Source of the DNA: an uncultured Nitrospiraceae bacterium
GTDB taxonomy: Bacteria > Nitrospirota > Thermodesulfovibrionia > Thermodesulfovibrionales > SM23-35
DNA length: 64,000 nucleotides
NCBI GenBank assembly: GCA_963727775.1
Contig: CAVSHB010000002.1
Location: forward strand, 800,001-864,000
Direction of reading: 5' to 3'
Of this stretch, positions 33,298-43,882 are shown one piece after another. The notes below the pieces were generated by a model, which saw only the letters and a program-made list of their open reading frames with translations, did not search any database and had not been told where the DNA came from. How positions within the stretch are numbered: position 1 is the first letter of the stretch; each line of letters starts with the position of its first letter. Made by a program: the position numbers and the translations under genes.

Positions 33298-34467
33298 ATG
33301 GAGCGCGATGATCAGGAGAGAGTCATGGAAAAAAAGCTGTTAAGGTCTATCAAAACTGAAGCCGTGTTTATTTGTTCCATCTTAAGTATTTTATTTATAA
33401 CATTTCTTCCGGCCTGCTCTAAGAAACCTGAGCCTCCTCCAAAGCCGCCCGTGTCAGTGACAGCAGGCGTGGTCGTTCAGAAGACAGTGCCTGTGCAGAT
33501 ACGCGTAATCGGCAATGTTGAACCCTATTCTACCGTATCGGTGAAATCCCAGATCGGCGGGATACTCATGAGAGTGCATTTCAAAGAAGGGCAGGACGTA
33601 AACAATGGTGCGCTTCTGTTCACTATCGATCCCCGCCCTTATGAAGCTGCGCTCAAACAAGCTGAGGCAAACCTTTCTAAAGACAGCGCTCAGCTCGAAA
33701 ATGCACAGGAAGAGGTCCGGCGTTATGCCGAGCTTGTGAAAAAAGGTTATGTTGCTCAGGAGCAATATGATCAGATACAGACGAATGCGGCTTCCTACGA
33801 AGCAACGGTAAACGCCGATAAGGCGGTCGTAGATAATTCACGTCTTCAGCTGAAATATTGTTATATTTATTCTCCTCTGACAGGGAGGACAGGAAATCTC
33901 TTCTCAAACGAGGGAAATCTTATTAAGGCCAATGCGGACAATCCAATGGTGGTAGTGAATCAGATCCAACCCATTTACGTGACTTTTTCCGTTGCAGAGC
34001 AATATCTCTCAGATATTAAGAAATATATGGCGGGTGGAAAAGTGACGGTTAATGCCTTTATTACAAAAGGCGATGACAATCCGGAAGAGGGATTGTTGAC
34101 ATTTGTGGACAATACGGTCGACGTTTCAACCGGAACAATCAAGTTGAAAGCCACTTTTGCCAATAAGAAAAAACGGCTCTGGCCCGGCCAATTCGTTGAT
34201 GTTGTTATGACATTGACGACGCAGCCCAACGCGATAGTCGTTCCCACGCAGGCGATTCAGGCGGGCCAGAAAGGTCAGTATGTTTTTGTCATAAAGAAAG
34301 ATCTCACAGTTGAAGATCGCCCCGTGGTTGTCGGCAGAGTTATCAATGGCGAAACGGTCATCGAAAACGGCCTGCAAGCGGGAGAAAAGGTCATTACGGA
34401 CGGTCAGCTCCGTCTTATTCCCGGTGCTAAGGTGCAGATCAAAGACAGGGCCGAGGGCGCAAAGTAA
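33298..34467 (+). CDS. RND periplasmic adaptor (MdtA-like)
   Basis: Lipobox-like LPAC, FKEGQDV, IDPRPY, TGTIKLKA, LWPGQFV. Confidence 0.92.
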   Translation: MERDDQERVMEKKLLRSIKTEAVFICSILSILFITFLPACSKKPEPPPKPPVSVTAGVVVQKTVPVQIRVIGNVEPYSTVSVKSQIGGILMRVHFKEGQDVNNGALLFTIDPRPYEAALKQAEANLSKDSAQLENAQEEVRRYAELVKKGYVAQEQYDQIQTNAASYEATVNADKAVVDNSRLQLKYCYIYSPLTGRTGNLFSNEGNLIKANADNPMVVVNQIQPIYVTFSVAEQYLSDIKKYMAGGKVTVNAFITKGDDNPEEGLLTFVDNTVDVSTGTIKLKATFANKKKRLWPGQFVDVVMTLTTQPNAIVVPTQAIQAGQKGQYVFVIKKDLTVEDRPVVVGRVINGETVIENGLQAGEKVITDGQLRLIPGAKVQIKDRAEGAK

Positions 34468-37400
34468 TGAACGTCCCGGAACTTTTCATCCGAAGACCCA
34501 TAATGACCACGCTGGTCATGGTCTCAATCCTTGTCTTCGGTCTTGCCGCTTACAGACTCCTCCCGGTAAGCGACCTCCCTAATGTGGATTTTCCCACTAT
34601 TCAGGTGACAGCCAGCCTGCCCGGGGCCAGTCCGGAGACGATGGCCTCCGCAGTGGCGACCCCTCTGGAGCGGCAGTTTTCGACCATCGCCGGCCTCGAC
34701 TCGATGACATCAACAAACGCCCTTGGAAATTCCCAGATTACTTTGCAGTTTAATCTCAGCAGAAACATTGACGCAGCAGGTCAGGACGTTCAGGCAATGA
34801 TCGCGAAGGCATCGAAGCAGCTCCCTCAGAACATGCCGGTGCCTCCGACCTACAATAAGGTAAATCCGGCCGATCAGCCTGTCATTTACCTCGCTCTCGG
34901 CTCTCCTACGCTTCCGATTTATAGCGTATACGAATATGCCGATACCTTCATTGCCCAGCGTATCTCCATGATAAGCGGCGTTGCCCAGGTGCAGGTCTTC
35001 GGTTCGCAGAAATACGCAGTCCGCGCACAACTCGATCCCAGGGCATTGGCAGCCAAGAAGATAGGTATTGACGACGTTGGAAACGCGCTCGCGTTGGGAA
35101 ATGTGAATCTTCCGACAGGGACCCTGCAGGGCCAAAAACAGTCGTTCACAATTCAGGCTTCAGGGCAGCTTTACAATGCCGAATCCTATCGGCCCTTAAT
35201 TGTCGCATACCGTGGCGGATCACCGGTCCGTCTCGACGAAATAGGCACGGTCATCGATAACGTGGAAAACAATATGGTGGCCAACTGGTACAATAATGAA
35301 CGGGCGGTCGTTCTTGCAATACAACGCCAGCCGGGCACTAACACCGTTGAAGTAGTGGATAGCATTAAGAAACTCCTTCCGGTCTTCAGGGCCCAGATAC
35401 CGCCCGCAGTCAAACTGGAAGTCCTCTATGACCGGTCCGTATCTATTCGCGAGTCGGTCCGCGATGTTAAATTCACTCTTTTACTCGCTCTGTCCCTGGT
35501 AGTGCTGGTCATTTTTCTTTTCCTTCGTAATCTCTCCGCAACGCTTATTCCGAGTCTCGCGCTGCCTTTTTCCATTATCGGCACCTTCGCCGCCATATAC
35601 GTTATGGGCTTCAGCGTTGACAACATCTCCCTAATGGCCCTGACGCTATCGGTGGGCTTTGTAGTAGACGATGCCATAGTCATGCTCGAAAATATCATGC
35701 GACATGTAGAAAAAGGCGAAAGCGTCTTCGAGGCTGCCCTTGCCGGCTCAAGAGAAATCGGATTTACCATATTATCAATGACCCTTTCCCTCGTTGCTGT
35801 CTTCATTCCCGTGCTCTTCATGGGCGGCATTCTCGGACGCATTCTCCACGAGTTTGCGGTGACAATCAGCATGGCGATCCTGATATCCGGATTTGTGTCT
35901 CTGACGCTCACTCCCATGCTCTGTAGCCGTTTCATACGGCCTGCGGGCACGGCAAGGCACGGTCGCCTTTATCTCATGATGGAGAAATTCTTCGACGGCA
36001 TGCTGCACACATATGAAAGGACTCTTAAGTTTGTACTTCACTATCGCCGGACTACTCTCGCAATTACAATCCTGCTCACTATAGCAACGGGCTATTTGTT
36101 CACAAAGATACCCATGGGATTTCTGCCGTCCGAAGACACCGGCCAGATATTTGCGTTTACCGAGGCGGCCCAGGGTATTTCCTTCGACGATATGGTGAAG
36201 CACCAGAAAGAACTGGCCGCCATAGTTTCCAAGGACCCTAATATCGATGCCTTTATGTCAGCCGTCGGCGCAAGCGGGCTGAGCGTTGCGAACAATGTCG
36301 GAAGAATGTTCATGCGCCTTAAACCCCGAAACGAACGGAAGCTGAGCGCTGACGAGATCATACAGGAACTCAGACCAAAGGTCTCGCAGGTGCCGGGCAT
36401 TATGATGTTCATGCAGAATCTTCCCTCTATCCGGATCGGCGGCACGCTGACAAAGAGCCAGTACCAGTTCACTTTGCAGAGCCCGGATACAGGAGAACTC
36501 TATCGGTCGGCCATTGAGCTGGAGAGCAAGCTGAAGGCGCTGCCTGAACTTCAGGATGTGACCAGCGACCTCCAGATTCAGAATCCACAGGTAAATATCG
36601 ACATTAACCGCGATAAGGCATCGGCCCTCGGCATAACCGCGTCGCAGATTGAAGATGCTCTTTACTATGCCTACGGCTCCCGTCAGGTCTCGACGATCTA
36701 TGCGCCGAACAACCAGTATCAGGTAATCCTCGAACTGGAGCCCAGGTACCAGACGGACCCTTCGGCCCTCTCAATGTTGTATATACACTCGAACACCGGC
36801 CAACTCGTGCCCTTGAACACTTTAGCGACCCTCACGCGAAATGTCGGTCCATTAACCGTCAACCACCTCGGCCAGCTCCCCGCGGTTACCATCTCCTTTA
36901 ACCTGAAGCCGCGTATCGCACTGGGAGACGCCGTGAAGATGGTAGATAAACTTTCGCATGCAACTTTGCCGCAGACTGTCAGCACGAGCTTCCAGGGGAC
37001 CGCCCAGGCGTTTCAGTCTTCGATGAAAGGTCTCTGGATTCTGCTGATAATGGCACTCCTTGTCATTTACATCGTATTGGGAATTCTCTATGAGAGCTTT
37101 ATCCATCCTCTGACGATTCTTTCAGGACTGCCCGCCGCCGGGTTCGGGGCTTTGGTAACCCTCATGATCTTCCACAAGGATCTCAATATTTATGCCTTTG
37201 TCGGGGTCATCATGCTTCTGGGGATAGTCAAAAAGAACGCCATCATGATGATCGACTTTGCACTGGAAGCCCAACGGAAACAAGGGAAAGCCCCGATGGA
37301 TGCGATTTATGAGGGCGCTATGGTACGTTTCCGTCCGATCATGATGACCACTATGGCGGCGCTTATGGGGACGTTGCCCATTGCTATCGGTTTCGGCGCC

Positions 37401-37589
37401 GGGGCCGAAGCCCGTCGTCCGCTGGGTTTGGCCGTTGTGGGCGGCCTTGTCGTTTCCCAGCTCCTGACGCTTTATATAACCCCGGTGGTATTTTATTATA
37501 TGGACAAGCTCCAGGAAAAGGTTGTCGCCTTTCGCAAACGCAGAGATAATAAAGGATCTGAGCTCACAAAGGGATATATAGGAGGTTAG
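34467..37589 (+). CDS. RND efflux permease (MdtB/MdtC-like)
   Basis: FIRRPIMT, GFVVDDAIVMLEN, GIVKKNAIMMIDF, RFRPIMMTT. Confidence 0.96.
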   Translation: MNVPELFIRRPIMTTLVMVSILVFGLAAYRLLPVSDLPNVDFPTIQVTASLPGASPETMASAVATPLERQFSTIAGLDSMTSTNALGNSQITLQFNLSRNIDAAGQDVQAMIAKASKQLPQNMPVPPTYNKVNPADQPVIYLALGSPTLPIYSVYEYADTFIAQRISMISGVAQVQVFGSQKYAVRAQLDPRALAAKKIGIDDVGNALALGNVNLPTGTLQGQKQSFTIQASGQLYNAESYRPLIVAYRGGSPVRLDEIGTVIDNVENNMVANWYNNERAVVLAIQRQPGTNTVEVVDSIKKLLPVFRAQIPPAVKLEVLYDRSVSIRESVRDVKFTLLLALSLVVLVIFLFLRNLSATLIPSLALPFSIIGTFAAIYVMGFSVDNISLMALTLSVGFVVDDAIVMLENIMRHVEKGESVFEAALAGSREIGFTILSMTLSLVAVFIPVLFMGGILGRILHEFAVTISMAILISGFVSLTLTPMLCSRFIRPAGTARHGRLYLMMEKFFDGMLHTYERTLKFVLHYRRTTLAITILLTIATGYLFTKIPMGFLPSEDTGQIFAFTEAAQGISFDDMVKHQKELAAIVSKDPNIDAFMSAVGASGLSVANNVGRMFMRLKPRNERKLSADEIIQELRPKVSQVPGIMMFMQNLPSIRIGGTLTKSQYQFTLQSPDTGELYRSAIELESKLKALPELQDVTSDLQIQNPQVNIDINRDKASALGITASQIEDALYYAYGSRQVSTIYAPNNQYQVILELEPRYQTDPSALSMLYIHSNTGQLVPLNTLATLTRNVGPLTVNHLGQLPAVTISFNLKPRIALGDAVKMVDKLSHATLPQTVSTSFQGTAQAFQSSMKGLWILLIMALLVIYIVLGILYESFIHPLTILSGLPAAGFGALVTLMIFHKDLNIYAFVGVIMLLGIVKKNAIMMIDFALEAQRKQGKAPMDAIYEGAMVRFRPIMMTTMAALMGTLPIAIGFGAGAEARRPLGLAVVGGLVVSQLLTLYITPVVFYYMDKLQEKVVAFRKRRDNKGSELTKGYIGG

Positions 37590-37590
37590 A

Positions 37591-38916
37591 ATGAAAATAC
37601 TTTTATTTTTTACGGCATTTTTCATGTTGGTAATTCCTCTCGATGCAAACGCAGAGGAAATTATAAAACAGGGCGAGTCATTGAATCTGGAGAGATGTAC
37701 TGAGATTGCATTGAAGCTGCATCCGAACATCGCCGCGGCGGTAAATACCGTCAATGTGAATGTGAGCCGCGTGGGCGAAGCAAAATCAAATTATTATCCC
37801 CAGATAAACTGGACCTCGAGCTATGACAGGATTTCATCCGCTTCGAAGACATCTTCAGCCATTACAATAGGTTCTTCATCCGGGGGAACCAGTTCCGTAA
37901 GCGGAACGGGTACCTTTGATCAATATTCTACCGGGCTTAGTCTCAGCCAGGACATTTATGATTTCGGGAAGACCCCGACCCAGGTGAATATCCAGAATCT
38001 TAATGTCGCTTCATCGCGCTCGGACCTCGAAAATGTGTCCGAACAGATAGTCTTTAACGTAAAGCAGTCATATTTCGGAGTATTGCAGACAAAGCGAACC
38101 CGGGATGTTTCAGCGGAAACGGTAAAACAGTTTCAGCAACACCTTGATCAGGCAAAGGGTTTTTATGAAGTGGGCACAAAACCGAAATTTGATGTGACAA
38201 AGGCAGAGGCGGACCTGAGCAACGCAAAGCTGAACCTGATAAAAGCTGAAAACTCCTTAAGGCTGGCGGTGGTGAACCTAAACAACGCAATGGGTGTGCC
38301 TGGAGCGCCTGAATATATCATCGAAGACAATCTTTCATACCGGCAGTATACCGTGACTTTTGAAGGCGCAATGGATAAAGCATATAAAAACAGGCCCGAT
38401 TTAAAATCGACTGTTGCAAAAAAGCAGGCGGCGGAGAGGTCCATCGACCTCGCAAAGACGGGGTACTATCCTGTCTTAACGGGCAGTGCAGGTTATGGTT
38501 GGTCCGGGGACAAAGTGTCTTCTCTTGACCGTGGCTGGAATGTGGGGGCAGCCCTTTCAATCCCCATATTCAGCGGCTATCTGACAAAATACCAGGTAGA
38601 GGAAGCAAAAGCAAATCTGAATGTCTTGAAGGCAAACGAAGAATTACTGAGGCAGACCATATTCTCAGACGTACAGCAGGCATACCTTAATCTTAAACAA
38701 GCGGAAGAGAGTATCCCTACTGCGGAACTTGGGGTGAAGCAGGCGCAGGAAAACTTTGAGATAGCAACAGGCAGATACGCCGCGGGTGTAGGAAATCCGA
38801 TCGAGGTCACCGATGCGGAAGTATTATTGACTAATGCAAAAACAGCCAATATCCAGGCGCTGTACGATTACAAAGTCGCACAGGCAAGTCTTGAGAAGGC
38901 TATGGGTGAAAGATGA
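37591..38916 (+). CDS. TolC-family outer membrane channel
   Basis: Signal peptide, YYPQIN, IYDFG, RPDL, PIFSG, RYAAG. Confidence 0.93.
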   Translation: MKILLFFTAFFMLVIPLDANAEEIIKQGESLNLERCTEIALKLHPNIAAAVNTVNVNVSRVGEAKSNYYPQINWTSSYDRISSASKTSSAITIGSSSGGTSSVSGTGTFDQYSTGLSLSQDIYDFGKTPTQVNIQNLNVASSRSDLENVSEQIVFNVKQSYFGVLQTKRTRDVSAETVKQFQQHLDQAKGFYEVGTKPKFDVTKAEADLSNAKLNLIKAENSLRLAVVNLNNAMGVPGAPEYIIEDNLSYRQYTVTFEGAMDKAYKNRPDLKSTVAKKQAAERSIDLAKTGYYPVLTGSAGYGWSGDKVSSLDRGWNVGAALSIPIFSGYLTKYQVEEAKANLNVLKANEELLRQTIFSDVQQAYLNLKQAEESIPTAELGVKQAQENFEIATGRYAAGVGNPIEVTDAEVLLTNAKTANIQALYDYKVAQASLEKAMGER

Positions 38917-40085
38917 AAAAAATTCTCATTGCTGGCCTGATTGTTATTGTTATTGCCGCAGCAGGATATTTTCTATTCAGGGGCAACGGAAATGAACCGA
39001 AATTCAGGACCGATAAAGTTGCCAAAGGTGATATAGAAATGGCGGTCACAGCCACCGGTACGGTAAACCCCGTGACTACTGTCCTTGTGGGCACACAGGT
39101 ATCGGGCACGATAAAAAAAATTTATGTAGATTTCAATTCTCCTGTGAAGAAAGGCCAGTTGACAGCCTTAATAGACCCGGCCCTCTTTGAGGCGCAGGTT
39201 AATCAGGCGAAGGCGAATCTCTTTTCAGCTCAAGCAAATCAGGAAAAAGCCGAGGCAACATTAGTTGACGCAAAGAGGACAATGGACAGGAATAAGGAGT
39301 TATTATCAAAAAATCTTATCGCACAAAGTGACCTCGATACGGCAGAAACAAACTATGAAACTGCAAAGGCTTCTGTAGGCGCTGCAAAAGCCCAGGTCGC
39401 ACAGAGCGAGGCGGCCCTGAGCTCTGCCGATACAAACCTTTATTATACGAAGATAATCTCTCCCGTAGACGGGATTGTTGTTTCGAGGAATGTCGACGTG
39501 GGGCAGACTGTTGCCGCCAGCTTCCAGACGCCGACGCTGTTCAGCATCGCGCAGGACCTCACGAAGATGCAGATCGATACGAATGTGGCTGAGGCGGACG
39601 TAGGGAGGTTAAAAGTAGGACAGGATGTCGAATTCACCGTGGATGCCTATCCGGACATCACCTTCAAGGGCAAGGTATTGCAGGTTAGGAATGCGCCGAT
39701 AATTGTCCAGAATGTCGTGACCTACGATGTAGTGATCCAGGTCAATAATCCCGACTTTAAACTTAAACCGGGGATGACCGCCAATGTGTCCATAATCATA
39801 TCAACAAAAAAGGACGTTCTGAAGATACCGAATGCAGCCCTTAGATTCAAACCCGTTGAGAAAAGCAAGCCTGCTGATAAGAGTAAGCCGGGAACGCAAC
39901 AAAAAGGGACTGCGGTCTGGGTACTCGAACAGGGCAAATCGAAACGCATACCGGTATCCTTAGGCATAAGCGACGGTAATTATACCGAGGTGATATCAGG
40001 GAACATTAAAGAAGGTCAGGAATTGATAGTCGAATCTCTCACAAAGACAAAGGCAGCAACCCCTTCAGGGCCAAGGATGTTTTAG
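38913..40085 (+). CDS. MacA-like periplasmic adaptor
   Basis: TATGTVNP..VGTQVSG, VDVGQTVAASFQTP, LKPGMTA. Confidence 0.92.
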   Translation: MKKILIAGLIVIVIAAAGYFLFRGNGNEPKFRTDKVAKGDIEMAVTATGTVNPVTTVLVGTQVSGTIKKIYVDFNSPVKKGQLTALIDPALFEAQVNQAKANLFSAQANQEKAEATLVDAKRTMDRNKELLSKNLIAQSDLDTAETNYETAKASVGAAKAQVAQSEAALSSADTNLYYTKIISPVDGIVVSRNVDVGQTVAASFQTPTLFSIAQDLTKMQIDTNVAEADVGRLKVGQDVEFTVDAYPDITFKGKVLQVRNAPIIVQNVVTYDVVIQVNNPDFKLKPGMTANVSIIISTKKDVLKIPNAALRFKPVEKSKPADKSKPGTQQKGTAVWVLEQGKSKRIPVSLGISDGNYTEVISGNIKEGQELIVESLTKTKAATPSGPRMF

Positions 40086-40086
40086 C

Positions 40087-40779
40087 ATGCCGATTATTGA
40101 AGCTCAGGAAATTACGAAAATCTACAGGCTCGGTGATATCGATCTGCATGCACTCGGAGGTGTGTCTGTAACGATAGGGAAAGGTGAATTTGTCGCGGTG
40201 ATGGGTCCTTCCGGCTCCGGGAAATCAACTTTTATGAATATATTGGGATGCCTTGACAAACCGACCGATGGAAAATATCTTCTGGAGGATACGGATATAG
40301 GTGGTCTCAACAGGGACGAACTGGCAGCCATAAGGAACAAGACAATAGGGTTTGTCTTTCAGGGATTCAACCTGTTGCCGAGGACATCCGCACTCGAAAA
40401 TGTTGAACTACCAATGCTTTATGACGGCATACCTGCAAAGGAGAGAAAGGAAAAGGCACTGGAAGCCCTCAAAAGCGTTGGTCTGGAAGGCAGGGGGGAC
40501 CATCATCCCAATCAGCTTTCAGGAGGACAGCAGCAGAGGGTTGCAATAGCAAGGGCGCTGGTAAATAATGCTCCCATAATACTTGCGGATGAACCGACAG
40601 GCAACCTCGACACAAAGACGAGCGCCGAAATAATGGAGATACTTGTGAAACTGAATACCCATTCAAATATTACGATAATACTGGTGACCCACGAGAATGA
40701 CATAGCCGCATACAGCAAGCGGACAATAAAATTCCTGGATGGACGTATTCTCTCCGATGGGCCGACGGTAAGATCATGA
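40087..40779 (+). CDS. ABC ATPase (MacB/LolD-like)
   Basis: GPSGSGKS, LSGGQQQR, LADEPTGNLD. Confidence 0.96.
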   Translation: MPIIEAQEITKIYRLGDIDLHALGGVSVTIGKGEFVAVMGPSGSGKSTFMNILGCLDKPTDGKYLLEDTDIGGLNRDELAAIRNKTIGFVFQGFNLLPRTSALENVELPMLYDGIPAKERKEKALEALKSVGLEGRGDHHPNQLSGGQQQRVAIARALVNNAPIILADEPTGNLDTKTSAEIMEILVKLNTHSNITIILVTHENDIAAYSKRTIKFLDGRILSDGPTVRS

Positions 40780-42005
40780 TTAATATACCGTCAACATTCA
40801 GAATATCGTTCAGGGCATTAAAGGTAAACAAGATGCGCTCGGCACTCACAATGTTAGGGATTATTATCGGTGTCGGCGCCGTCATTGCCATGCTCGCCGT
40901 GGGCACGGGAGCCAGTAAGAAAATCGCGGAGCAGATTGCCAGCATGGGAAGCAACCTGCTGATGATTCTTCCCGGTTCTACTACGGCAGGAGGCGTGAGA
41001 ATGGGCGCCGGGACCCAACCTACATTGACCATGGGTGATACGGAAGCCATCAGGAAGGAATGTCTGTCAGTCCAGGAAGTTGCCCCGGTACACAACGGAG
41101 TAGCACAGGTTATTTACGGACACCAAAACTGGTCAACAGGGGTTGTAGGCACTACCTCCGGCATGTTGATTGTCAGAGACTGGCCATTGGCTTCCGGCAG
41201 GACGTTTACTGATCAGGATGTCAAGAACGCTACAAAGGTGTGTTTGTTGGGACAGACCGTTGTGGACAACCTCTTTGGAGATATGGACCCTGTAGGTCAA
41301 TCTATCAGGATAAAAAATCTACCCTTTACTGTTATCGGCGTTCTTGCGCCGAAAGGACAGTCGGCCCAGGGACAGGACCAGGACGATACCATTTATGTCC
41401 CTGTGACGACGGCTCAAAAGAAACTTTTCGGTACCTCTTTCCCCGGAATGATCAGGATAATTATGGTAAAGGCTAAGAGCGCAGAGGACTTGGCATCCGC
41501 TGAAAAACAGATAAACGATTTGCTTAAGCAGAGACATCATATCGGGCCGAAGCAGGAGAGTGATTTTACCGTCAGAAACCTTACTCAGCTAATGCAGACT
41601 GCGGAACAGTCGACAAAGGTTATGACTTTATTGTTGGGGGCCATTGCATCGGTTTCTCTCCTCGTCGGAGGGATCGGGATCATGAACATTATGTTGGTCT
41701 CGGTCACTGAGAGGACAAGGGAGATAGGAATAAGAATGGCCATAGGCGCAAAAACATGGGACATAAGGCTGCAGTTCATAATCGAGGCGCTCACCTTATC
41801 GTTAATCGGAGGGATAGCCGGGATTATTTTCGGCGTATCCGGGTCAGAATTAATATCGGTTTTTGCGGGCTGGTCTACAATTATATCTCCCCTGTCGATT
41901 CTGCTGGCCTTCGGTTTTTCCGGACTGGTGGGAATATTCTTCGGGTTTTATCCGGCCTACAAGGCGTCACTGCTTGATCCGATAGATGCCTTGAGATATG
42001 AGTAA
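40776..42005 (+). CDS. MacB-like ABC permease
   Basis: RSALTMLGIIIGV, GGIGIMNIMLVSVTERTREIG, DPIDALRYE. Confidence 0.95.
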   Translation: MINIPSTFRISFRALKVNKMRSALTMLGIIIGVGAVIAMLAVGTGASKKIAEQIASMGSNLLMILPGSTTAGGVRMGAGTQPTLTMGDTEAIRKECLSVQEVAPVHNGVAQVIYGHQNWSTGVVGTTSGMLIVRDWPLASGRTFTDQDVKNATKVCLLGQTVVDNLFGDMDPVGQSIRIKNLPFTVIGVLAPKGQSAQGQDQDDTIYVPVTTAQKKLFGTSFPGMIRIIMVKAKSAEDLASAEKQINDLLKQRHHIGPKQESDFTVRNLTQLMQTAEQSTKVMTLLLGAIASVSLLVGGIGIMNIMLVSVTERTREIGIRMAIGAKTWDIRLQFIIEALTLSLIGGIAGIIFGVSGSELISVFAGWSTIISPLSILLAFGFSGLVGIFFGFYPAYKASLLDPIDALRYE

Positions 42006-42019
42006 TAGAATATCATTGG

Positions 42020-42101
42020 ATAACTCCCCTATCCCCCTCTTAGCCTAAGAGGGGGATAAAATTTCTCCCCTTAAGGTAAGGGGAGGTTAGGTGGGGTTAT
42101 G
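42020..42101. repeat. REP/MITE-like double-hairpin repeat, family A copy 2 (inverted)
   Basis: Reverse complement aligns with 32491-32569. Confidence 0.75.
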
Positions 42102-42197
42102 TTGTATTATGCACGCCCCTGAATAGGTGCGATGGTTTTTTTATCTTTGGCATAATTAAAGAGTTGTATTATCATATAACACCCGGGAGAGATTTCA

Positions 42198-43307
42198 TTG
42201 GAAGAAACGAAGATAGACGAGAGTAAAACAAATAACAATAACAAGAAAAAAATCGGCTTGATTGTTTTGGGTGTGATCATTCTTGTAGGCGCTGTGGTGG
42301 TCTTTTTCTATCTTAGATACAAGGCGACCCACATTACGACGGACGACGCGTTTGTGGACGGGAATATCCATACTATTGCTTCAAAGGTTCCAGGAACTGT
42401 GAAACAGGTTTACGTGAAATCCAACCAGTTTGTGAAGAAGGGGGACATCCTTGTTGAATTAGATATGGCTGATTACGAGGCAAAGCTCAATGAAACCTCC
42501 TCAAGCGCTGGTGCTGAAAAAGCAAAGCTTATAGAAGTTGGAACAAAAATCAAGGTATCACAAAGTAAGCTTGCGGAATTAAGTGCAGCTTTAGCAGCAG
42601 CAAAGGCAAATCTTGAATTGCAGGAGGCTAATCTCAGGCAGGCAGAAAGTGACAGCAGAAGGGCGGAGAATCTTTTTAAATCAGAAACTATCTCAAAAGA
42701 CAGATACGAAAAGACAATGACTGCTCAGGCTGTTACTCTTGCCCAGGTGAAGGCAGCTAAGGAGCAGGTCAAGCAGGTGGAGAAGGAACTCGATACCCAA
42801 AAGGACATCGTAAAGCAAACAGAAGCATCAAGGACCACGCAAATATCCACGATTAAAGAAAAAGAAGCAAAAAAAGATGCAGCACAGCTTAATTACAGCT
42901 ACACGAAAATCTATGCACCTGTAGATGGTTATGTAACAAAAAAGTCGGTCGAGATCGGTAATCAAATACAGGCCGGACAGCCATTGATGGCGGTTGTACC
43001 CCTTGATGTCGGTGATATCTACATAACCGCGAACTACAAAGAGACCCAATTGGAGAAGGTAAAGCCTGGGCTGAAGGTTGAGTTCAAGGTGGACACTTTT
43101 CCGGAGAAGACCTTTAAAGGGAAGGTGGAGAGCATCCAGTCCGGTACAGGTGCGATATTTTCATTATTCCCGCCTGAGAACGCAACCGGGAATTATGTTA
43201 AGGTTGTGCAGAGGATACCGGTTAAGATAGTGCTGGATAAAGATACAGATAAAGACCATATTCTCCGCATAGGCATGTCTGTTGTGCCGACGATAGTCGT
43301 TGAATGA
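42198..43307 (+). CDS. emrA: EmrA/HlyD-family adaptor
   Basis: TDDAFV, ANYKETQL, FSLFPPENATGNYVKVVQRIPV. Confidence 0.9.
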   Translation: MEETKIDESKTNNNNKKKIGLIVLGVIILVGAVVVFFYLRYKATHITTDDAFVDGNIHTIASKVPGTVKQVYVKSNQFVKKGDILVELDMADYEAKLNETSSSAGAEKAKLIEVGTKIKVSQSKLAELSAALAAAKANLELQEANLRQAESDSRRAENLFKSETISKDRYEKTMTAQAVTLAQVKAAKEQVKQVEKELDTQKDIVKQTEASRTTQISTIKEKEAKKDAAQLNYSYTKIYAPVDGYVTKKSVEIGNQIQAGQPLMAVVPLDVGDIYITANYKETQLEKVKPGLKVEFKVDTFPEKTFKGKVESIQSGTGAIFSLFPPENATGNYVKVVQRIPVKIVLDKDTDKDHILRIGMSVVPTIVVE

Positions 43308-43650
43308 TAACTAAGACAATTATTTATTAGTAATAGCCTACGTCCAGTCGTCAGTCTGTTATTCCGGGCCCGTCTGCTCACCTCAATGACCGGGCCGCAC
43401 GCAGGCGGAGCTGCCCCCAAACAATGCTCAAATGGCCCGCTACTGTCTATGAGTATTTCGATATACTCAAACTTTTATCCTTAATGAGTTACTATCAATT
43501 TCTCACATCTGACAGGAAAGAGTATTACGAGAACAGGGTTAAGTTCTATTGATACCTAAAGACTGTATACGGATTGTTTTAGAACTTTCATCTTCTCCTT
43601 TAAATTTCTCTTTATTTTTTAGATTGTTATTCCCATAATCTCAGTATTGA

Positions 43651-43875
43651 TTGACTATAGTGAATAAGTTTACTCTTGCTCAATCTATCTTCGACAGGCT
43701 GGTTGAGATTAATAGACTGGGCACAAGCGTAGTACTTGTCGAGCAGAACACGCGTATGGCCCTTGAAATTGCTCACAGGGGTTATGTTTCTAAGATCGGT
43801 GGAATTTTCACGGAAGACACGGGCCAAAACCTTCTTGAAAACGTCAAAATTAAAAAGGTATTTTTAGGTAGTTGA
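43651..43875 (+). pseudogene. C-terminal remnant of a LivF-type ABC ATPase
   Basis: IFDRLVEIN..VVLVEQN..ALEIAHRGYV..FLG; no Walker A. Confidence 0.75.
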
Positions 43876-43882
43876 GCGGTAT

